The position numbers and the translations under genes were made by a program. 64,000 nt of DNA from an uncultured virus (IMG/VR IMGVR_UViG_3300028833_000011) (Duplodnaviria > Heunggongvirae > Uroviricota > Caudoviricetes), in IMG/VR virus record IMGVR_UViG_3300028833_000011. The stretch is one strand, 5' to 3'. The notes under the pieces were generated by a model, which did not search any database, was not told the origin of the DNA, and saw only the letters and a program-made list of their open reading frames with translations. Position 1 is the first letter of the stretch. Every line of letters starts with the position of its first letter. Shown here piece after piece: positions 40,124 to 48,680 of the stretch.

Positions 40124-40609
40124 TCATGAATTAATCGAGATAGCGCCACATGTAGCCGACTTTTTCCTCGTCGTTCTTATATAATAATCGTACATAAGGT
40201 CACGGACGCACTCGAATAGGATGGAATAGAACCGCGCCCAATTGTAATTGTCGCGGCCGTTGTGCTCCCATGCTTTCCAATTCGTGCAAAGCACAAATTC
40301 TGACATGTATTCCACATTGTCCTTCCATTCGTTTATTACGCGCTTTGTGGTGTCCAATACGGCATCATAGCCGCCGCACCATTCGGCCACCGAAAGGTCA
40401 GACATAAATGTCGTGATGCGCTCGTGTCCGTTGCCGAGGTCTGCAAGATTGTCTTCCATTGTTTTCATCGACACCGCGCCATAGAACTGCGCACTGCTTA
40501 ACTTGCGCCCGCACCAAATATTTACGGGTTCTGCGTCGTAGCCGTTAATGTTCTCTTTAACCACCTTGATTGCGCCAAGAATGCGGCGCTCTAATTCTTT
40601 CGCTTTCAT
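40124..40609 (-). CDS. hypothetical protein with apparent late 2-nt frameshift
   Basis: Removing 2 nt of the TA run at 40178-40183 gives ...DYYKNDEEKVGYMWRYLD* ending at 40131. Confidence 0.6.
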   Translation of the reverse strand: MKAKELERRILGAIKVVKENINGYDAEPVNIWCGRKLSSAQFYGAVSMKTMEDNLADLGNGHERITTFMSDLSVAEWCGGYDAVLDTTKRVINEWKDNVEYMSEFVLCTNWKAWEHNGRDNYNWARFYSILFECVRDLMYDYYIRTTRKKSATCGAISINS

Positions 40610-40623
40610 AATAATAATTTTTT

Positions 40624-41283
40624 TAATGATTAATATTGCACCATTCGGGTTTTGTTGCCCGCGTTATATATCTCCACCTGTCCGACGGCGTATCACAATA
40701 GTCGTCGAGGAATTCGCGGTCGATTAAATAGCCGTTGAGTACATCCCAGTCGTGCTGGGTGTACCCACCAGCTATAAAAGGAATTTTGTCGGTGTTGGCC
40801 ATGTTGCGTTACTTGTTTTTAATGGCACATACGGCGTTAATTACGCCCGTCATGTATGCCATGAACTCTGCGGTGCTCTTGCGACAATCAAACCCGAGAC
40901 GCCCCAAGTGACTTCTATCACCTTTTTTATACATATCCCAGCCGCCGTAGTGCGAAACAAATGATGCTTCGTATTGCTCGCCAATTACTGGCGCTACGAC
41001 TTTGTTCATATACTCGAGTCTTCCTAATACTGCGGTTTTCGTTGTTCTCATAATTGTTCGTTTTTTATTAGGGTTATACGTTTTTGCGGAGTGAAATCTT
41101 TATATTGACATCGCCCGTAATATTGTTATATAAAAGATAGTTAGCTGCCGCTTCTAAAGCGTCATGCAGTGTGGCAAATCGCGGCGCCTCTACTGGCGTG
41201 CGCCCTTTATAGACGCAAAGGATATAACGTTTATAAGATTCGGCATATTCGTCGAACTTGATTTTGAAGTTATAGTTTGCCAT
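40624..41283 (-). other. three small early genes (about 40624-40802, 40809-41051, 41074-41283)
   Basis: Tandem short ORFs. Confidence 0.6.
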
Positions 41284-41361
41284 AGTTGTTTTTTTTATTG
41301 TGCGTTTAATAACATAAGATATTCAAGATAGCGCCCCTCTTCGACTTGCAATTGTTTCGGG

Positions 41362-41591
41362 TCAATTTCCGACATACTTTTCAAAAACGTCGTCGTACTC
41401 GTTTTTGTCATACGTCGGTTTTTCGCCGTATTGCTTTGCGACAGATAGTACGTTCCACTTGTAAACGTCGTTAAATCGCGCGCGAACAGTATCGACAAAA
41501 TATTTGTGCGCGTCACGTTTTGCACTCTCAAACCCGTACATGATACCTGCGGCCTTCACGTACTCTTTTTATCAATAATAAAACTGGACAT
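41362..41591 (-). pseudogene. frameshifted small gene
   Basis: Adding one A to the run at 41566-41570 joins MSSFIIDK to KEYVKAAGIMYG... Confidence 0.55.
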
Positions 41592-42094
41592 AATAAGCAA
41601 TATTTATTTAATTATATTTATTAATTAATTGTTATTGTGCGCGCGTCGCGCGTCGCGAATGCTTGCACCCGCATAGAATAGCGCCGCGACACCCGCACCG
41701 AATAAACCGAAAAACGTCGTGTCTAAAGCGATACGAAAGAAAACGCACGCGCACACTACTGCGGCGCACGCGTGCAACATACGACTAAAGCACTCCATTT
41801 GCGTCACGATTTTAGTCAATATAAAAATACTGACCGAACGTCGGCACGAATGCACCGCCGCATGGAAAGACGCCCATTTCGCGGCAATACGTTACAAAAG
41901 CGTCAACCATAGCGAAGGGGACGCACGTAATTCTCAAATTTGTCAATTCGTCAAAATAAGTAATCATAGTAAAACAAGAAATTAGAGTAAATAAATATGA
42001 TTGTTAGACGCCCGAAAAAACAGGGCAATTTGCGGCCGCGTCACGTTCCGCTCGTGAAACACCAGTAATAATTTGCGCGGCCTATCCTTAAAAA

Positions 42095-42282
42095 TTAATA
42101 GTCAATATTTGTGCTGTAAATGGCGTTTATAACGTCGATAATTTCGCCCGTCCAGCCGATAATGCCAAACCAGCCGAGATACGCGTCGAATAATTCAAAA
42201 TCAGTCATTTCTTCGACTTCGTTTTTGTCATACTCCGCCTCGTCTATCAAAAAATTTTTATATCGTCTTTATTTGTTATCAT
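42095..42282 (-). pseudogene. frameshifted small acidic gene
   Basis: Adding one A to the run at 42255-42259 gives MITNKDDIKNFLIDEAEY...FDAYLGWFGIIGWTGEII... Confidence 0.6.
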
Positions 42283-42404
42283 GTCTTTTTATTGTGTTAT
42301 TGTTTATTTATTGTTATCAAGCAAAGCAAAAACTGCGTCAAAATCTAACGACGCCTCCGCAGCGATTATCGCGTCTTCGCGCGCATAGATGTCTGCCATG
42401 TCGT

Positions 42405-42719
42405 TCAGATATATTGTTTCAATTCAAGCTCCGCCTCGTCGTATATTTCGTCTGCTATGCGATAACGCGCCGCGCGTATGTCGTATGGCGTCGGCTGGCA
42501 CCATGTGTCCTGACGTGCTATTTTCGCGGCGTCGCGCACTATTTTACGCAAAGCGCTGCTTTCTGCTAAATGTTCTCGCGTGACTGGGAGGTTTTTTTTC
42601 ATGCGATTTTTTACCTGTCGCCGCAGCGACTCTATGCGCGTGTATATTTCGCGCGTATTATTAATATATAACACGACGTGCTCCGATGCCGCAGTATTTT
42701 TGGTGATATTGTTTGCCAT
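42405..42719 (-). CDS. hypothetical protein
   Basis: 104 aa; LYINNTREIY. Confidence 0.75.
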   Translation of the reverse strand: MANNITKNTAASEHVVLYINNTREIYTRIESLRRQVKNRMKKNLPVTREHLAESSALRKIVRDAAKIARQDTWCQPTPYDIRAARYRIADEIYDEAELELKQYI

Positions 42720-42747
42720 AGTTTTATATTATATAAATAGGTGTCTA

Positions 42748-42840
42748 AATTTGCATTTTAAGCCGCGCACAAAAGACGAACGACGCCCGAAAGTACAAAT
42801 ATATGTGCGCGGCGTCGTTCGTCGAATATAGGGTAAATTT
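42748..42840 (-). repeat. dispersed 93-bp element, copy D
   Basis: 18-nt identity GCGGCTTAAAATGCAAAT with copy B; internal 13-bp inverted repeat GACGAACGACGCC. Confidence 0.6.
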
Positions 42841-42871
42841 GGGCGCCGTTTTTGTGGCGCCCAGTCTTTTG

Positions 42872-43651
42872 TTAGTTAGCCTTCAAAAGCAGCTCCTCGA
42901 GTTGTTCGTTATTACGAACATACTCCAGGTCATAGAAGCTGAGGGCGACGTCGAATTTCACGCCGTTACTTTTAAGATAACTGCGGAGGTCGTCTCCGTC
43001 CATGCTGCTGCCCATGTCATAACCAAACCAGCCATGTATTTCGCGATACCTAAAGCCGAGGCGTCTGTTCCATGCGCTCGACAAAAGAGGGAAGGCGCAT
43101 TTTACAAAATCAAGATGCTGCCCTGCGTCTTTTAGTTTTACGCTGAAGCCGAGTTTTTTGTCTTTATATTTAGACGCGCAATTTGTGGCATGTAGCTCTA
43201 TGCGATACCCCTGACGCTCGAGGGACATTATGGCTGAAAGCAGACGTGCTGATACCTTTGCGATTTTGCTCGTATCGACGTCGCCGCGCGTATTGCACCC
43301 ATAGAACACGCGGAGGACTTTCTTTTCAATTTTGCGCTCCTCACAGAAAATCATGTTATTTGGCACGCCAGCCAAATAATTTGGGACATGTGGCATAAAA
43401 CCAGCAACACGCGTCACCATGCGCTTCTGTACGCCTGTACATGGTGCATTAAATTTAAGTTTATCACAGCCGCGTATGATTTTTGATAAATTAACGTCGC
43501 CGTTAACTATGCGCTCAACTGCCTCGTCGTATGTGGCAGACCCTGACCACTCTTTGTCTGACTCGTCGTTAGAACATGCTTTTTCGTTTTCGCTTTTTGG
43601 CAAATCTTTAACGAGCGCAAATATTGAATTATACTCGGTGAAGTCCTTCAT
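42872..43651 (-). CDS. vWA-like partner of the MoxR-type ATPase
   Basis: GFMPHVPNYLAGVPNNM, SLERQGYRIEL, VKLKDAGQ; directly downstream of the AAA+ gene. Confidence 0.6.
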   Translation of the reverse strand: MKDFTEYNSIFALVKDLPKSENEKACSNDESDKEWSGSATYDEAVERIVNGDVNLSKIIRGCDKLKFNAPCTGVQKRMVTRVAGFMPHVPNYLAGVPNNMIFCEERKIEKKVLRVFYGCNTRGDVDTSKIAKVSARLLSAIMSLERQGYRIELHATNCASKYKDKKLGFSVKLKDAGQHLDFVKCAFPLLSSAWNRRLGFRYREIHGWFGYDMGSSMDGDDLRSYLKSNGVKFDVALSFYDLEYVRNNEQLEELLLKAN

Positions 43652-43714
43652 TTTTTTATGCTTTTAATTTGTCGTTTGAATTATGTTGTTATATGACACG
43701 AATGAGGAGGCCGT

Positions 43715-45121
43715 TTACCAGACCTCCTCGTTTGTCATTTCATTAATGCACGCCTTCATGGCTTTTGCCCAGCGATTATTTTTGTCGTCGAGTTGTGCAT
43801 AAAGGTTCTGCACGTCGTCAACTTCCTTCTCTTGCAATACTGAGCCGCGAAGAAGATGCGCGTCGTCATTCAAGCACGCGGCCTGGAGTGTAGCGAGGTC
43901 TGCGGCCTGGCGATAACTAAACAACTGCGAAATACCTGCGCGGCGTGCTGCGCGGCGCAAATCGGCGCCGAAATTGACTATTTCCTCGTCACCGCCTGTT
44001 ATATCAAGCATGACCTCCCTATCGTATGTTACTACTTCAAAGAAAAATCTATTTTTGAAAGACGTGTCTTGCATCTGTCGCGCGGTGTATTCAATCGTCG
44101 CGCCAGTCATTCGCGTATTGCCAGCCGCGATAACGCGAAAGTTAGGATGAGCCTCGACATTGCCGATAACTGGGAAGTCGAAGCGCTTGTTTGCAATAGC
44201 GTTATTTAATACGACAAGAGCCTCGGGTGCCGAGGCGTCAACTTCGTCTAAGAAGAACACTCCGCCGTTAACGAATGCGCGATAAAAGGACGTCTCGACG
44301 AAACGCCCTGCGGCGTCGCCGTATCCTTTTAACTCGTGTGCAAACATGGCCTGGCTCGTTTCGTAATAGTCAAAACCGAGGGCCTCAGCAATTTGCTTTG
44401 CGGTGTATGATTTGCCGCAGCCCGCAGGTCCGTACATGTATAAAGGTTTGCCTGCCTGAACGAGATTGCAATAGATAGCGAAATTCTTCGCCGTTTTTCC
44501 GTTAACGACATTCACGCCCTGTGGTGATACAACTTCGAGCTTATTCGCTGGCTGTTGCGTGAGCGCCTCCTTTTCGGCATTAATTCGGGCGTTAACTTCG
44601 TCTATCATTCGCGCCATGAATTTCTTCTCGAGGCGTGCTTCGTCAATTCCTTCGGTGTCAGCATATTTGGCAGCGGCTTCGAAAATCTCGGCACCCATGA
44701 CGCCGTATTTTTCAAGAAGCTCGGCTTTTACCTTTTCGCGGTCTGTATAATACGAAAGCTCGGTCTTCGCAATTTCCAACTCACGCTCAAACGTTTCGGG
44801 CGTCGGAGTTGTTTCGACGACAACTGGCTCCTCGATAACGGCGGGCTCCTCGATAACAACTGACTCCTCGGCGGGCGTCGATACGCGGCGCTGGCGCTTC
44901 TTGTTTGTCACTTTGACTATCTCCCAGCCTTCGGCCAGCGTGAATGTTTCGACTCCGTTCTCGTCTGTGTTAAGAAGGCTGACCTGCGGCCAGTTACTAT
45001 AAAATCTGCTGTTTGCTTTGCCGCTATAATCGGCGCTGAACGAGCCGTCTTCGTTTGCGTGGAAATGATACATTTTCTTTTCTTCACCCGAGATGCTGTT
45101 TCTGATAATGATATTTGACAT
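43715..45121 (-). CDS. AAA+ ATPase, MoxR/CbbQ/CobS-like
   Basis: GPAGCGKS, FFLDEVDA, AHPNFRVIAAGNT, NRF. Confidence 0.9.
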   Translation of the reverse strand: MSNIIIRNSISGEEKKMYHFHANEDGSFSADYSGKANSRFYSNWPQVSLLNTDENGVETFTLAEGWEIVKVTNKKRQRRVSTPAEESVVIEEPAVIEEPVVVETTPTPETFERELEIAKTELSYYTDREKVKAELLEKYGVMGAEIFEAAAKYADTEGIDEARLEKKFMARMIDEVNARINAEKEALTQQPANKLEVVSPQGVNVVNGKTAKNFAIYCNLVQAGKPLYMYGPAGCGKSYTAKQIAEALGFDYYETSQAMFAHELKGYGDAAGRFVETSFYRAFVNGGVFFLDEVDASAPEALVVLNNAIANKRFDFPVIGNVEAHPNFRVIAAGNTRMTGATIEYTARQMQDTSFKNRFFFEVVTYDREVMLDITGGDEEIVNFGADLRRAARRAGISQLFSYRQAADLATLQAACLNDDAHLLRGSVLQEKEVDDVQNLYAQLDDKNNRWAKAMKACINEMTNEEVW

Positions 45122-45690
45122 ATCTTTACAATTTGCGCGAGTCTCACGCGCTGGCCTTCCTTTTCGGCCAAATAGATAAATAAATAATAATAGAAAAGTA
45201 ATAATATATTATATATATCGCGGCCTGATAGGGTCTCGCTCCCAGTCGTTTTCGTCGCCGATAATATCGGACATTTCAGGCCTCCGTTAACGCAGCCGAG
45301 GGCTCATGTGTCCCTCCGCCGCGTCTTTTAAGATAGGTTTTTTCGGCTGTGGCTCAAAAGCGGTGCCGTTTTGCCCGCTATCCTTTTGCCGCTTTCGCTA
45401 CATTCCACTCTGGCCGCGAGACTCTACATTTTGGGCGCTTCATGATATGCTGTGTTATAATCCAGACGACTCCACCGCCGAAACATGAAACATTCACCCG
45501 CTGGCCGCGTGTTTCGCTTTACACGCCCGCCGAAAATGGGCGCGTCAAATATAACCATTTTAACTACTTCTCCAGACGCCGTTCTTCGAAGTGACGTCTT
45601 TTTATTACAGGCACCGCCTCCTCGTGAGGCTGTTGTTTGCGCCGCAGGCCCTTTCGTTTTGGTTATCTATCAGCATGTCAAAGAACGATT
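45122..45690 (-). ncRNA. candidate long structured leader / ncRNA beginning with a boxA-like site
   Basis: GC-rich, hairpin-dense and without a credible ORF; GTTCTTTGACAT at 45675-45686. Confidence 0.5.
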
Positions 45691-45697
45691 TGCACTG

Positions 45698-45730
45698 CAA
45701 ATATACGAACATTATTTTATATATTGAAAA
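45698..45730 (-). promoter_or_regulatory. early promoter heading the leftward block
   Basis: TATATTTG -7 box at 45698-45705; -33 box imperfect. Confidence 0.65.
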
Positions 45731-46620
45731 TATGTTTAAGGTTTTTTAATATTTGGTATATTATTTTAATACTTGTTAACGCTTATTTTATTGTTTTGTA
45801 AAGTGTAGATTACAAAAAAATTCAATATGTAAAGAATATACAAAAAACGTGCATTTTTCGTGTATATCAAATATTTATACATTTTAGGCGTCTTTATATG
45901 CTTTATTTCTATATATACATATTATATAATATATATTATTCTTTATGTTATTATACATGTCTATTTATTATAAATGCTTTCTATGCTTTATAGTGGATAG
46001 ATAACACGCTTTTATTGCGTGCGTGTCGCTTTGTCGTTCTATGTCTTTATAACCTTTTATTTTGTCGGTTATTGTGTCTTTTGTCATAGACACCCGAAAA
46101 GACGTTTATTTTGCTTTATATCGCATTTTGTTGCATATAGTCATATATTTATATATATATTCGTGTCTATGTCTTTATATATCGAATATTATTGCAATAT
46201 ATTATAGAACATAGAAGAAATACTTATATATCGGTGATATTCGTTTTTATATTCCTTTTCTTTATTCGTGTCTATTCCTATTTATAACGCTTATTTCCTA
46301 AATTATAACCTTTTATAAAACATGTATATTTATATATATTTATTCATATTTATTTATTATGCTTATTATATGTTATTATCTTATTATTGCTTTATTATTA
46401 TTATATTGTTTCTATTATATTACTTTTATATTGCTTTATTATACTTCTATCTATTTATTATTGTCTTTATTATTATTATTGCTATATTATTATTCTTCTT
46501 TTATTGTTATTGTCTTTTTATTATTGTTTATATTATATTGCTTTATGCTTTTATTATATTACTTTTATATTACTTTATGCCTTTTCGTTTTTTCATTCGT
46601 TTGGAATGATGCAAAAAACG
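45720..46620. repeat. AT-rich low-complexity non-coding tract
   Basis: Degenerate TTA/TTG/TAT runs, strongly T-skewed on the plus strand. Confidence 0.8.
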
Positions 46621-46676
46621 GAGATTCTCGCGTGTTTTGGATAAAAGACGAACGTATAAGAAAACAAACAATTTAA

Positions 46677-46850
46677 AAAAACGTGCCGAAAACGTGCCGC
46701 GCGGCGTCTTTTCGCGCGTATGGCACGAAAAAAGAAGGGGGGGGGGGGACAATACACACTCCGCGAAATATAGGGGGTCTATCGTTTTTTCAGCTCGAGA
46801 AAAAAAATCGAAAAATTTTCTGAAAAAAATAAAATTTCGTGAAAAATTTG
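46677..46850. other. candidate genome-end / packaging signal
   Basis: AAAACGTGCCG twice (46677, 46689), inverted GGCACG, G12 run at 46737-46748, repeated A/T tracts. Confidence 0.4.
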
Positions 46851-46878
46851 GTCATATAAAAAAATATGTTTATCTTTG
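46847..46878 (+). promoter_or_regulatory. Bacteroidota sigma-A promoter
   Basis: TTTG-N20-TATCTTTG. Confidence 0.75.
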
Positions 46879-46886
46879 CGGCGTGA

Positions 46887-46978
46887 AAATTTGCGTTCTA
46901 ACGCGTTTTCTTTGTTTAGGTGTGTAATTTATCGTTTTTCGCATAAAAGTGGCTTAAATGCGGCTTAAAATGCAAATA
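46887..46978 (+). repeat. dispersed 92-bp element, copy B
   Basis: AAATTTGC-N31-AATTTATCG-N39-AAATA with imperfect dyad symmetry. Confidence 0.65.
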
Positions 46979-47004
46979 TGGGGCTTTAATTGGCATTATA
47001 TGGT

Positions 47005-47418
47005 ATGGCGTCGTTTAGTGTTATAGGGTTTATAGAAAGTATCAAGGTTTTGGACGGGTCGTGTTTGTTGGTATTAAGTGAATATCGCAAGGGTTACACT
47101 CGTTCTGATGGCATCAAGGTTCAAGACCGCTGGCTTACTTGGTCGATAATCTTCAAGTCGTACTTCAAGCGGTACTTGTTTGAACATTTCTCGCGTGGTA
47201 TGCTGGTAGAGGTAAAGGGTGAGGTTTTGCCTTATGTTGTAGAGCGCGGGGTTGAAAAGGACGGGGGCTATTCTGTCATAGGGCAGACGTGCAACCTGTT
47301 TAGTTATCCTCGGCAATCCGTGATGCACAAGGCGGAGGAACGGATGATACGTGATAGTCAACTTGGGGATGACGGGCGGTTGCCAGACCTTGACGGGTAT
47401 AACGAGCCAGACTTTTAG
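47005..47418 (+). CDS. SSB-like OB-fold protein with acidic tail
   Basis: FSVIGFI...W.IIF...RGMLVEVKGEV; ends DGYNEPDF. Confidence 0.65.
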   Translation: MASFSVIGFIESIKVLDGSCLLVLSEYRKGYTRSDGIKVQDRWLTWSIIFKSYFKRYLFEHFSRGMLVEVKGEVLPYVVERGVEKDGGYSVIGQTCNLFSYPRQSVMHKAEERMIRDSQLGDDGRLPDLDGYNEPDF

Positions 47419-47510
47419 GGGTCGGGTGTTGAAATAGTTACATTGTTGTTAATTGGTTATTATATATCGGGTGTGTGTTATTTGCTTTTATAGACGCATT
47501 CATTTATGAA

Positions 47511-47550
47511 AGACGGGGACATGTCGTGATGACACTCCCCGTTTCTTTTT
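47511..47550. terminator. bidirectional terminator between convergent genes
   Basis: agacgggga...tccccgttt stem flanked by A and T runs. Confidence 0.65.
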
Positions 47551-47586
47551 GTTTGTTTGTCTTTTCTCTCTATATATGCGTATATG

Positions 47587-48057
47587 CTACGATGGTGTTG
47601 TTGGCGCGTCGAGGGTATGTAGTGTGGCGGTTGCCAATATGCAACTGTTTCTCCCTCGTTGCAATTTTACCAACGTCGGCTTAACGCCTTTTAGACACAC
47701 TACGTGTGCGATTTTGTTGACGTATGACGACTTGATGTAGAAATCTCCGTCATCGGCCACATACTCTACGAAAGCGTCGTAAGCGGCTTGTGTGTTGAAC
47801 GTTGTCGGATTTGCGGCGTAACGTGATGCTACGGCAAACGACAGTTCGAGGTCGATGTTGGTTCGGACAATCTTGTTGTCGGTCAATAGGTAGTCCTCCT
47901 CTTGTTCGTTCACCCATTGTGCGGTATATACGTTTTGTGCTTCGCCTCTATCTTCGAACCCCGTTATAGCGGTGATTTTCACGCCGTCGAAACGTGTTGT
48001 CACGTCGAGCCATGCGTCTTGTGGTGTCTTGCGGATGAAATACTTGTTTCTAAGCAT
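47587..48057 (-). CDS. probable distal tail (Dit-like) protein
   Basis: 156 aa beta-rich protein two genes after the tape measure; positional inference. Confidence 0.45.
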   Translation of the reverse strand: MLRNKYFIRKTPQDAWLDVTTRFDGVKITAITGFEDRGEAQNVYTAQWVNEQEEDYLLTDNKIVRTNIDLELSFAVASRYAANPTTFNTQAAYDAFVEYVADDGDFYIKSSYVNKIAHVVCLKGVKPTLVKLQRGRNSCILATATLHTLDAPTTPS

Positions 48058-48071
48058 AGTCTTTGTGGATG

Positions 48072-48662
48072 TTATAGTTTAAGTTCCTTGTCGTGGAGTT
48101 GGAATTTGTGGCAAATGAAGAACTTGCCAAGTTCCACGCTTGCGTTAGGGCTGTAACGATATACGATGACGCGCGATGTGTCGTCGATATTGTCGAGTGT
48201 CACCTTTGACTCGTCGAACAACATGACTATAATCGTGTTATATCCGTCGCCGCTTATCGTGACGTTGCTTTTGTTGCTCACGTATAGTTTTGTTGCACGG
48301 CACATGGGTAGGATGGCCGTAAGGTCGCGACACCAAAGGAGTTGCAAGACGTCGTTTGTGATTGTAAGCGGTTCCGTTGTGTCGGGTTCCACGTACATGG
48401 CGTATGTATAGCCGTATGTGTTGTCGCAATCAATGAAAGTCTTGTTTCCGTTGATGTATTCGCCGAAATTGCGTTTGCAATAGGCGGGTGTAAGGCCGAG
48501 GTTTCGGTAGCAAAAATCGGCGAAGTATGGTGCCGACTGTTGCATCAGCACCAACTCCATAAGCCGTTCCTTGTTGCCATTACATGCCGTCCACTTGTCG
48601 TTCCATTCCTTGCACAAGCCACTTTCTATGGCGTTTTTTCGAAAAAATAGTAGTTCGTCCAT
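48072..48662 (-). CDS. hypothetical protein following the tape measure
   Basis: 196 aa; GLCKEW; beta-helix-like C-terminus. Confidence 0.7.
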   Translation of the reverse strand: MDELLFFRKNAIESGLCKEWNDKWTACNGNKERLMELVLMQQSAPYFADFCYRNLGLTPAYCKRNFGEYINGNKTFIDCDNTYGYTYAMYVEPDTTEPLTITNDVLQLLWCRDLTAILPMCRATKLYVSNKSNVTISGDGYNTIIVMLFDESKVTLDNIDDTSRVIVYRYSPNASVELGKFFICHKFQLHDKELKL

Positions 48663-48680
48663 ATAATAACGTTAAATTGT

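Noticed and set aside
45222..45282. Possible hammerhead ribozyme (CUGA...GAAA on the minus strand)
   Set aside because: The core reads CUGAAAUG rather than CUGANGA, and stems I and III cannot be formed.
45875..46130. Further degenerate copies of the 92-bp element
   Set aside because: Partial arm similarity (CATTTTAGGCG, TTTGTCGTTCTA) in very AT-rich DNA cannot be distinguished from chance by eye.
46019..46676. Hydrophobic Tyr/Ile/Leu ORFs in several frames
   Set aside because: They result from T-rich low-complexity DNA lacking stops; overlapping frames give similar nonsense composition.
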